A DNA stretch of 24,917 bases from a virus (taxonomy: Duplodnaviria; Caudoviricetes): the IMG/VR virus record IMGVR_UViG_3300014656_000129, positions 1 to 24,917 of that record. One strand, given 5' to 3'. Every line of letters begins with the position of its first letter. The stretch's first letter is position 1. This document shows positions 13,535 through 21,178 of this stretch, piece by piece. The notes beneath the pieces were generated by a model. That model saw nothing but the letters and a program-made list of their open reading frames with translations. It was not told the origin of the DNA and did no database searches. A program made the position numbers and the translations under genes.

Positions 13535-14703
13535 CCATGACGATTTCGCTCAATGCTGCTGATGTCCGCACTCGGATCCGTCAGGGGAAAATCGGCCTTT
13601 GCGCCAATGAGTCCTTGGCCAACCGGAGTGTGACCCTCATCAACACGGACCCGCAGGCTGCCAAGGTGGATACCATCACGGTGACCGGCGCGACCAACAA
13701 CAAGGCTTACGTCGAGACCATCGACGGCGTGGACGTGACCTACACGTCGGACGCCACCGCGACCATCGCGGAGATCGCCAACGGCCTGGCCGCAGCCATC
13801 AACGACAACCCGCTCGTGCGCGGGAAGTGCACCGCGGTGAGCGATGGAGCGACCATCGTGACCGTAACCGGCAACTGGCCCGGGATCACCTACACGATCA
13901 CCGACGCCGACGCTCAGCTGACGACTGCCGCCGTGACCGCGGCTGCGAGTGCCGATGCGGTTCCGTTCGGTACCCTGATGGTCAATCCGACCGGGTACGA
14001 GACCGACGAGGCGAACGAGTACGGAGTCCGCGCCAAGAGCACGGCCTTCACCGCTCAGGTGGTCACGGTGACCCCGGTTTACGCTGTGAACACCGACTCC
14101 ATCATCCGGATTCGTGACATGCATACCGGACAGGTCATTGCCGAGACCGTCATGCGGCACGACACCAACATCGGTGACCTCATCACGGAGATCGTGACGG
14201 ACCTGAACACCACGTTGCCCGCTGCCAGCGTGCTCGCGGCAGACGTCGGAGGCACCGCCCTCACCCTGACCGCCGAGGTGGCTGGTCTGGAGTTCGACGT
14301 GGAGGTCGGTGTCGGTGAGGGTGCAGCCGCTGCTCCTTCGACCATCGCCAAGGTCTACACGACCGGGCCGAGCATCGCGACGTCCGTCCTGCGGGCTGCT
14401 CGCGGTGTTTCCCTGTTCAGCGAGAACGACGAGGCCGTGACGGTGGAAGGCACCGATGCCTCCTACGCCGCCAACGTTGGCGTGCGCTCTCTGCTGGAAG
14501 GTCTGGTCTGGGTCGAGTCCAGCCAGGTCATCACCGCTGGCACTCAGGTCTATGTCGAGATGTCAGCCGCAAGCGCCGACCGCGGCAAATTCTACAACAC
14601 CGACAGCGCGACCCGCCTGGCCCTCCCCCGTGAGAAGGCTGTTTGGGAACGTGACGCCGAGAGCGGCAGCGGCAGCATCGCCATGCTGCGCGTCAACTTC
14701 TGA
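13531..14703 (+). CDS. capsid cement/decoration-like structural protein with two inserted domains
   Basis: Lies between the protease and the major capsid gene. AVPFG and Y.....V..L.EG.VWV......AG..VYV......GKF motifs of the cement family flank Thr/Ala/Val-rich inserts. Confidence 0.65.
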   Translation: MTMTISLNAADVRTRIRQGKIGLCANESLANRSVTLINTDPQAAKVDTITVTGATNNKAYVETIDGVDVTYTSDATATIAEIANGLAAAINDNPLVRGKCTAVSDGATIVTVTGNWPGITYTITDADAQLTTAAVTAAASADAVPFGTLMVNPTGYETDEANEYGVRAKSTAFTAQVVTVTPVYAVNTDSIIRIRDMHTGQVIAETVMRHDTNIGDLITEIVTDLNTTLPAASVLAADVGGTALTLTAEVAGLEFDVEVGVGEGAAAAPSTIAKVYTTGPSIATSVLRAARGVSLFSENDEAVTVEGTDASYAANVGVRSLLEGLVWVESSQVITAGTQVYVEMSAASADRGKFYNTDSATRLALPREKAVWERDAESGSGSIAMLRVNF

Positions 14704-14717
14704 GGAGGAGGACTACG

Positions 14718-15875
14718 ATGGAATTCACTGACGTGACCTACATTCCGCTGGAGGGCGGCAAGGCTCAGTCCCTCCCCGACGAGCTGTCATCGCAGATCGT
14801 CTCCACCGTGCGTAATGGCCAGATGGGTGGCGGCGTGCGTGGCGACTCGATGCTCGGCTACACGTGCGAGTCCGACGCTCGCCATATCGCCGTCATGCTG
14901 GAGCGTGACGGACGCAAGCCCGAGGATTTCAGCATCCGTGGTGACGGCGCAGAATACGCGCTGGGTATCCGCGGTGACGCTGCCCCCGCCTATGGTGCCC
15001 TGGCCATGGCTCGGCAGCTGGAGTTCATCTACAAGGAAGTGCTCACCGAGCCCATCCCGCCCCGGAACGGCATGAGCATGTTCCGGCGTGACACGACCGT
15101 CCCCGCAGGAGCCCGCAGCCACACGGTGCGGCGGTTCATGCAGGAGGGTGAGGCGAAGATCTACAGGGGCACGTCCGACGACGTTCCCACGGTCTCCGTC
15201 AGCCAGGACGAGGAGCGGTTCCCGGTGCGTCACATCGTGACGTCATTCCGCAGCGAGCTGTTCCAGTCCCAGTCCAGTGCGTATGCGAACATCCCCGAGC
15301 AGCGGCTCAAGATGCGCGCGGCCCGCCTGGTCATCGAGCAGTACATGAACCGGCTCATCTGGACCGGCTCGACCGTGCACAACCTGTACGGTGCGCTGAA
15401 CTACCCCTACGGCCAGGTGCGCGTGCCCATGGTGACGATCAACGGAGACAGCTCCCCGACCGACATCATCAACACGATCAACGACGTGCTGGACTTCCCC
15501 GAGGAGGAGTCTGACCAGGCGTTCGCCCCCAACCGCGTGAGCATGGGTACGGATGTCTACAACTACTTGGCCAAGACCCGCATCGGGTCGGTCAACGACA
15601 CGACCATCCTGCAGTTCCTGAAGACCGCTCACCCCGAGATCAAGGTGTGGGCCAAGGCGAACGAGCTGCGGCAGTCAGGTCCGTCGAGCACGTCGGGCTT
15701 CCTGGCCTATGACGACTCGCCGCTGGGCATCACCTACGTGGTGCCGCAGGGGATCACTCCTCTGCCCTTGCAGCTGTCTGGGTTCGCCCAGGTGCGCTAC
15801 GTCTACGCCTCGTACGGCGGCGTGGTCCAGCGCAATTCCGGTTCCAACATCCTCGCCTGGTTCGACGCCAGCTGA
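14718..15875 (+). CDS. major capsid protein (DUF2184 / HK97-fold)
   Basis: Strong RBS GAGGAGGA. ARQLEFI..EV, VP.GA.S.T, DVP.V, AAR..IE...NR..W.G....LYG.LN.P and ..GGV... motifs. Typical position and size (385 aa). Confidence 0.9.
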   Translation: MEFTDVTYIPLEGGKAQSLPDELSSQIVSTVRNGQMGGGVRGDSMLGYTCESDARHIAVMLERDGRKPEDFSIRGDGAEYALGIRGDAAPAYGALAMARQLEFIYKEVLTEPIPPRNGMSMFRRDTTVPAGARSHTVRRFMQEGEAKIYRGTSDDVPTVSVSQDEERFPVRHIVTSFRSELFQSQSSAYANIPEQRLKMRAARLVIEQYMNRLIWTGSTVHNLYGALNYPYGQVRVPMVTINGDSSPTDIINTINDVLDFPEEESDQAFAPNRVSMGTDVYNYLAKTRIGSVNDTTILQFLKTAHPEIKVWAKANELRQSGPSSTSGFLAYDDSPLGITYVVPQGITPLPLQLSGFAQVRYVYASYGGVVQRNSGSNILAWFDAS

Positions 15876-15890
15876 GGGTGATTTCGTGGC

Positions 15891-15950
15891 TGGCGCTGGG
15901 GGGAGTCGTAGAGTGCGTCTCCAACGGCTCTCCCCGGCACCATGCTTTTA
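15891..15950 (+). terminator. long stem-loop after the capsid gene (terminator, attenuator or stability element)
   Basis: TGGCGCTGGGGGGAGTCGT (15891-15909) pairs with ACGGCTCTCCCCGGCACCA (15924-15942) at 18 of 19 positions, counting G-U. Followed by TGCTTTTA. Confidence 0.6.
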
Positions 15951-15986
15951 CTGACCTACCTACCCTGGAGACGCGAGGAACAGCAG

Positions 15987-16298
15987 ATGCCAGCCACAAA
16001 AGCTACCCCCAAGAAATTCGAGTTCAAGGCTCCTGTGGGCGTCAAAGCCTATCGGGTGCGAAACACCAAGAAGCAATCCTATTCCTTCATCACCGTGGTG
16101 GACGGCGAGGCGTGTGAAATGCACATCGCCAGCCGGATGGACATGGACGAGAACGGCAACCCCAAGCGCAACGACGGCCGAACAGCCGAGCCCGAGTACA
16201 CGCTGGAGCAGTACGCTGCCCTGATGGAGCTCAAAGCGTTCAGGGGGCTCGTCGCTGACGGGACCTTTGCCGAGTACCCCGTGGGCGGAACGGCCTGA
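15987..16298 (+). CDS. hypothetical head-associated protein
   Basis: ATG 15987 with GAGGAA upstream. Lies between the capsid gene and the head-tail adaptor. Confidence 0.7.
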   Translation: MPATKATPKKFEFKAPVGVKAYRVRNTKKQSYSFITVVDGEACEMHIASRMDMDENGNPKRNDGRTAEPEYTLEQYAALMELKAFRGLVADGTFAEYPVGGTA

Positions 16299-16301
16299 CC
16301 G

Positions 16302-16727
16302 ATGGCGTTCACTACCCTCCAGATATTCCGCATCGTCGCCAGCGAGTTCAGTGCAACTGCTGACGCCGACGTGGAGAACTGGATCGAGCTGGCTGCGTCC
16401 CGCCACAGTGGGTCGCAGTTTGGCTCGAACTACGAGCAGGCGATGGCGTACTACACCGCCCACATGATGACGATCCAGGCCCGCGCTGCGGCGTCCCCTG
16501 CGTCCGCTGGAGGGGGTGGGGCTCCCGTAGGTGGGGTAACTAGCCAGAAGGCTGGGGATATCTCTGTGGGCTATGGTGGGGCCGCTGCGGGTGGTAGTAC
16601 ATCCGTCGCCTGGGACCGCGTGGACGCGAGCCTGACGCAGACCGGATATGGCCTGGAGTACCTGACGATCCGCGGTACCCGCGCGGTCGTGTTCCCGTAT
16701 ATGTCCGAAGCCGGGGGGACCTCTTGA
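16302..16727 (+). CDS. head-tail adaptor (DUF4054-type)
   Basis: FR....EF, A.AYYTAH.M, S.K.GDISV.YG and L.QT.YG.EYL motifs. Confidence 0.88.
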   Translation: MAFTTLQIFRIVASEFSATADADVENWIELAASRHSGSQFGSNYEQAMAYYTAHMMTIQARAAASPASAGGGGAPVGGVTSQKAGDISVGYGGAAAGGSTSVAWDRVDASLTQTGYGLEYLTIRGTRAVVFPYMSEAGGTS

Positions 16728-17212
16728 TGCCCCCCTCCGTTGAAGACATCGACATGGGCTACAAGAAGTTTATGGCGACGATGGCCGACATGGCTGGCGA
16801 GGTGGGCGTGGACGTCGGGATTCTTCAAAAAGACGGGTCACAAAACTATGATAAGGGTGATGCTACGCTGGCCCAGGTGGCGACCTACAACGAGTTCGGT
16901 TCCAAGGACGGTAAGCACCCACCAGAGCGGTCGTTCCTGCGGAGCACAGCTGACACCAACCGCACGAAGTACGCCGACCGGATCCAGAAATCCGTGGAAG
17001 CAGCGGTGGATGGCAAGCTGCACATCGAACGGGGCCTGGGGCTCGTAGGCGAGATGGCGAAGAACGACGTGGTGCGGACCATCGACACGCTCAAGGACCC
17101 CAAGAACGCCGACTCCACCGTTGCCCGCAAGGGGGCAAACAACCCGCTGGTGGATACCGGACGGCTGAAGCGGTCCATCGCCTACGAGGTCACGAAAGGG
17201 GGGAGCAAATGA
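16724..17212 (+). CDS. neck/virion morphogenesis protein
   Basis: VGI, LA.VA..NEFG, PPERSFLRST and NA.STVARKG.NNPLVDTG.L..SI.Y motifs. Confidence 0.88.
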   Translation: MMPPSVEDIDMGYKKFMATMADMAGEVGVDVGILQKDGSQNYDKGDATLAQVATYNEFGSKDGKHPPERSFLRSTADTNRTKYADRIQKSVEAAVDGKLHIERGLGLVGEMAKNDVVRTIDTLKDPKNADSTVARKGANNPLVDTGRLKRSIAYEVTKGGSK

Positions 17213-17448
17213 CAGATCCAGCGAAAACTCTTTATGAGGTCACTCTCCCTGCTTGCTGTCGCCTCTCGGATGACGCTCAACTGGCTGAGACCCTCTATTG
17301 CTGTTTCAACTGGTGGCGGGATGTAAGGGCCATTGCAGCCGATCCAGCGTGGACCCCCTGCCTCACGTGGGAAGAGCTAGATCCAGATGTAGCCGAACAG
17401 TGGGAGCGACGTGCTGATCTCATTCTTGAGTTGAGGGAGATCAAATGA
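17209..17448 (+). CDS. small Cys-rich hypothetical protein (paralog of the next gene)
   Basis: ATGA-coupled. EV.LP.CC...D.A..AE.LYC..N....PC..W.EL...V...W pattern. Confidence 0.7.
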   Translation: MTDPAKTLYEVTLPACCRLSDDAQLAETLYCCFNWWRDVRAIAADPAWTPCLTWEELDPDVAEQWERRADLILELREIK

Positions 17449-17681
17449 CGTCAGACGAATACCGCGTCGAGGTCTCATTCCCTCTGTGCTGTATCCCCAC
17501 GGACGGTGCGAGTATCGCTGAGATCCTGTACTGCACGTACAACCGGGGCGGCGACCACCGGACGGCTGGGCTCAACTTCGCTGGCGACCCGTGCCCCATC
17601 TGGGCTGAGCTACCCTCCAACGTGCGGGCGAAGTGGGTTGCTGTAGCGATGGCTGTCACCGCGTGCAAGGGGGTCGGATGA
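17445..17681 (+). CDS. small Cys-rich hypothetical protein (paralog of the previous gene)
   Basis: ATGA-coupled with GAGGGAG upstream. Same motif pattern as 17209-17448. Confidence 0.7.
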   Translation: MTSDEYRVEVSFPLCCIPTDGASIAEILYCTYNRGGDHRTAGLNFAGDPCPIWAELPSNVRAKWVAVAMAVTACKGVG

Positions 17682-17917
17682 CCATTACCGACATCCTGGC
17701 AAACACGCCACACGACAATGCCTCCGTAAAGTGCCCGCGCTGCGGGTACAAATGGGAAGCCGTCTATCCGTCAGAGGGTACGGTGTCCCTCGATTGTCCG
17801 GAGTGCCACCACAACGAGCCGCTGCTGGCCCTGTTCGTGAGGGGACAACTCGGGTTTGACATGAGAACGCGGTGCTTAATTGCCGCATACAAGATGGCCG
17901 TCTGGGGGAAGTGTTAA
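17678..17917 (+). CDS. small zinc-ribbon protein
   Basis: ATG 17678 overlaps the previous stop. Contains CPRCG.KW...DCPECH. Confidence 0.7.
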   Translation: MTITDILANTPHDNASVKCPRCGYKWEAVYPSEGTVSLDCPECHHNEPLLALFVRGQLGFDMRTRCLIAAYKMAVWGKC

Positions 17918-18265
17918 GTGATCCTCGGTGCCCAGGACGTGACCTTGCATCGCTACGGTATCGGCTCCCGCGGGACTGACGGACGGTTCACGCGCGGTGC
18001 TGCTACGGTGTCCACGATTCAGGCGACGGTCCAGCCGATGAACGGCAAGGAGCTATCCACGCTCCCTGAAGGAGACCGCACGCGACGAGGGATCAAGCTG
18101 TACACGACCACCCAGCTGCTCACGGCTGACCAGGACGCCAAGCGGCTCTCAGACCGCATCATCTACCAGACGGAGACGTTCGAGGTCCGGCACGTGGACC
18201 AGCAGCCCAGGGTCATTCCTCACTACCGGGCGTATGCAGTACGGCTGGACGAGGCGACGACCTGA
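17918..18265 (+). CDS. head closure / head-tail connector protein
   Basis: TI.ATVQP....EL..LPEG.R....IKLYT...L......SD.I.Y....FEV..V....HYRA motif, consistent with gene order. Confidence 0.8.
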   Translation: MILGAQDVTLHRYGIGSRGTDGRFTRGAATVSTIQATVQPMNGKELSTLPEGDRTRRGIKLYTTTQLLTADQDAKRLSDRIIYQTETFEVRHVDQQPRVIPHYRAYAVRLDEATT

Positions 18266-18837
18266 TGGGCACCAAGGAAGACATCACCCAGGCTTTTCGG
18301 GCATTCGCCAAGGCGTACTCCATCAGCGGTACACCGCTCACCAATGAGCAGGTGATTCCAGCTGACGACGACGGCCCTCGACCAGCCTCCCCGTACCTGG
18401 TAGTCAACGTGCTCGTGAGCGACATTGCCATCGGGCGTGACGAACTGCTGGGCGACCTTGACGGGGTGACCGCAGCTCCCGAGTGGAAGCAGCGAGGACA
18501 GCGCCTGGCCACCGTGGAGATCCAAGGGTTCGGATCTGCAGCTGGGGACTGGTTGGGGCGGCTTGCGATGAGCCACCTGCTACCCGCAGCCGTGGCCATC
18601 TTCGACGCAGCGACCATCGACGTCAGCCCGATGGCGGGTGGAATACGTGACCTGAGTGCCATGCTGGATACGTCCATCGAGGACAGATCCATCATGGAGT
18701 GGGAGGTCACGTACGAGCTGACCACCGACAGCGCCGACGCCGAGGCCGGGGTGGAGCTGGAACACGTTGTCATAACGACTGTCCACGACGAGGGCGACCC
18801 AACCGAGTGGACGAGGATTGATACGATCGACCTGTAA
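18265..18837 (+). CDS. tail terminator / neck terminator protein
   Basis: VI.AD..GPRP..PY..V, VEIQ.FG and DLS.MLD...E.R pattern. Directly precedes the sheath gene. Confidence 0.7.
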   Translation: MGTKEDITQAFRAFAKAYSISGTPLTNEQVIPADDDGPRPASPYLVVNVLVSDIAIGRDELLGDLDGVTAAPEWKQRGQRLATVEIQGFGSAAGDWLGRLAMSHLLPAAVAIFDAATIDVSPMAGGIRDLSAMLDTSIEDRSIMEWEVTYELTTDSADAEAGVELEHVVITTVHDEGDPTEWTRIDTIDL

Positions 18838-18863
18838 CGCGCACAGCGCGGGAGGATACGAAC

Positions 18864-19952
18864 ATGCCGTATGCAGCTGGAAACTTGAGTTTTGAACTAT
18901 TCCTCGCGCCCATCCCAGCGACCCCGGCGAGCTTCACCGGGATGTTGCTGCTGGCTGACCAGGCCCTAGGCACGACCCTCGGTGGCGTGGACCGCTATCG
19001 CCAGTACAACGACTACGCCTCGATGGTCACTGATGCGGCGGTATTATCCGCTGCGGTACTCCAGGCTGGACAGGACTTCTTCGCCCAGCCAGGGAACAAA
19101 GCGTACCTGCTCGTCGGTCGTATTAACACGGGTGGCGCTGAGACCTATTCCACTGGCGCGGTGCTCGTGAAAGCGGCCATTGCCGCTGCCGGGGCGACCT
19201 ATTGGGGAGTGTGCCTGGACAAGCGCACCACCGCCGAGATCCTGCTGGTCGCCGCCGACATGGCCACGGACGAGTACGGCATGTGCTTCATCCAGTCGGC
19301 TGACGCAACCTGGCTGACCGCAGGTTACCCAGCCGCCCTGACCGCCCTGGAGAACAACGAGCGGTGCTCAGTCTGCTACCACGACACGGACACCGAGTGG
19401 ATGGATACCAGTTGGTTCGGTAACCGCTTGGCCTTTGATCCGGATGAGGCGTCCGCTGGATGGCCCGCTAGCCTGGCCAACGTCGCCAACAACGCCACTG
19501 ACCCGACTGCTGCCCAGCAGGTGTTCCTGGAGGCCAACGAAGGCAACCTCGGTCTGGAGTGGGGCAACGCCACCTTCTGGGTCGGGAACGGCGTCAACTG
19601 TGCAGCCCGTCCCATCGACCACATCCTGTCCAGCGACTGGTTCATCGGCCGCAGCCGGGAACGGCTCGTCACGCTGGTGCAGTCGTACTCCGCACGCGGC
19701 CAGAAGATCACTATCGACACGCGCGGCCAGTCGGTCGTCGCTGGCGAGCTGGAAGCCCAGCTGAAGGTCGGGCTGGACGTGGGCCACTTCCTTGTCGAGT
19801 CCCCGGTGGACTCCGAGATCGTCAGTGCCATCGTGCCGCAAGCCATCACCGCGGCGGACATCACCGCTCTCCGGATGCGCTACTCCGTCACTCTGGTCCT
19901 GGCCACCGGAGCCGTGTCCTTCCCTGTCACCGTCTACGCCCAGGCATCATAA
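18864..19952 (+). CDS. contractile tail sheath protein (DUF3383-like)
   Basis: YR.Y, A...FF.Q, GV......ID.I...DW...R..E, KI.....G...V...L...L..G...GH and R.......LA.....V.V motifs. Precedes the tube gene. Confidence 0.78.
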   Translation: MPYAAGNLSFELFLAPIPATPASFTGMLLLADQALGTTLGGVDRYRQYNDYASMVTDAAVLSAAVLQAGQDFFAQPGNKAYLLVGRINTGGAETYSTGAVLVKAAIAAAGATYWGVCLDKRTTAEILLVAADMATDEYGMCFIQSADATWLTAGYPAALTALENNERCSVCYHDTDTEWMDTSWFGNRLAFDPDEASAGWPASLANVANNATDPTAAQQVFLEANEGNLGLEWGNATFWVGNGVNCAARPIDHILSSDWFIGRSRERLVTLVQSYSARGQKITIDTRGQSVVAGELEAQLKVGLDVGHFLVESPVDSEIVSAIVPQAITAADITALRMRYSVTLVLATGAVSFPVTVYAQAS

Positions 19953-19973
19953 AGCCGGGTTGAGGAGTAAACC

Positions 19974-20420
19974 ATGGGTCGAGCCAAGCATCACAATCTG
20001 GACGCCGTTATCGCGTCCCTGGGAGGCATCCTGCTCTCCGGGTACGGCGACTCCGACGCCCTGACCATCGAACCCAATTCAGACTCCGCGGACGTGTCCG
20101 TGGGGGCGGACGGGGAGACGGTCGTCAACGTGATCAATGACGACAACTACCTGCTGACGATCCACCTGATGGAGACCAGTGCGGCGGTGGTCCAACTGGA
20201 CGTGCTGTACAAGGCGCAGCGGACCGCCATGCGGATTGGCCCATTGCTCCCACAGCCGTTCCGCATGTCGGACCCGATCTCCGGTGAGTCGGTCTCCACC
20301 GACCGCACGGTGTTCCTGCGGCCCCCTGACCGATCCAAGGGGAGCAAGTCGGGGATGCGGGAGTACAAGCTGCTGCTGTCCGCGCCGACGATCATTCCGC
20401 CCGCGCTGAACGTAGTGTAA
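19974..20420 (+). CDS. tail tube protein (DUF3277-like)
   Basis: V..S.GG..LSGYG..D..TIE, VGADGE and .TI.L..TS motifs. 148 aa, directly after the sheath gene. Confidence 0.85.
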   Translation: MGRAKHHNLDAVIASLGGILLSGYGDSDALTIEPNSDSADVSVGADGETVVNVINDDNYLLTIHLMETSAAVVQLDVLYKAQRTAMRIGPLLPQPFRMSDPISGESVSTDRTVFLRPPDRSKGSKSGMREYKLLLSAPTIIPPALNVV

Positions 20421-20456
20421 ACCCCGGGCGAGAGCCCGTAGACGAGGAGCTGTTCC

Positions 20457-20966
20457 ATGCCACAGGAACAACATGAGTTCACCCTGGACGACGCCGACGA
20501 CGCGCCGCACACCTATCTCATGCACGAGCTACCCCCCAAGGTGGGGATGCGCCTGTGCTTCCGGCTGTACGGGGCGCTATCCGCCCCCCTGACCCGTGTA
20601 CTCGGGACAGCCGTGACGGAGCTGGAGGCGATGATGTCGGGGGCCAGTACCCTGAAGGACCTCCTGGACGACCCACGGGTCATTGCGAGGCTAACGGGGG
20701 CGCTCAAGGGCGTGGACTGGAGTGCCTTGGGTTCCGACGTGGGGGCTGTCCTACGTGACCCCAACCTGGCCGACGACTGCCGGGAGCTGCTGTCCACGAC
20801 GTTCAGAGACGGTACCAGGCTGACTGCTGGCGGGTACGACCTGGCTTACCAGGGGAACTACATCGAGCACCACAGGGCTATCCTGGAGGCGGTGAAGTAC
20901 AACCGTTTTTTTCCGGGGTTCTCTACCTCGCTGAGCGTGGCGACGTCGAACCAGTCGAAGGAATAA
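20457..20966 (+). CDS. tail assembly chaperone (gpG-like)
   Basis: Lies between the tube and tape measure genes, with RBS GAGGAG. Ends ..Y.G.Y.E......EA.KYN.FF and contains a slippery T7 run. Confidence 0.75.
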   Translation: MPQEQHEFTLDDADDAPHTYLMHELPPKVGMRLCFRLYGALSAPLTRVLGTAVTELEAMMSGASTLKDLLDDPRVIARLTGALKGVDWSALGSDVGAVLRDPNLADDCRELLSTTFRDGTRLTAGGYDLAYQGNYIEHHRAILEAVKYNRFFPGFSTSLSVATSNQSKE

Positions 20967-21178
20967 CGCCAGCCGTCAGGATTGCCGTGCGCCGAGCTGC
21001 TCGGTACGGCGTCAGGGACGAGGAGATGTTCATGCTGCGACCAGCACGAGACGAACGACTCCCGGACGGTGTAGGTGACATCAAGAGCACCTGGTCCTGG
21101 GTAGACCTGCTGAACGCTCATGTATTCCTTGACGCCTTGGACGAGGCCCACCCACCGAAGACGAGGGATGACGACTGA
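20912..21178 (+). CDS. -1 frameshift extension of the tail assembly chaperone (gpGT-like)
   Basis: T TTT TTT at 20906-20912. The -1 frame is open from 20912 to the TGA at 21178 and ends WSWVDLLNAHVFLDALDE. No clear RBS before GTG 20987. Confidence 0.75.
   Translation, partial: SGVLYLAERGDVEPVEGITPAVRIAVRRAARYGVRDEEMFMLRPARDERLPDGVGDIKSTWSWVDLLNAHVFLDALDEAHPPKTRDDD

Noticed and set aside
12311-14981. RGD motifs as eukaryotic integrin-binding sites
   Set aside because: They vary as R-x-D and lie in internal scaffold or propeptide regions, so protease sites are a simpler explanation.
20425-20438. Hairpin CGGGC-GAGA-GCCCG after the tube gene as a terminator
   Set aside because: It has a 5-bp stem with a GNRA loop but no U-tract. 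At most it is an mRNA-stability hairpin.
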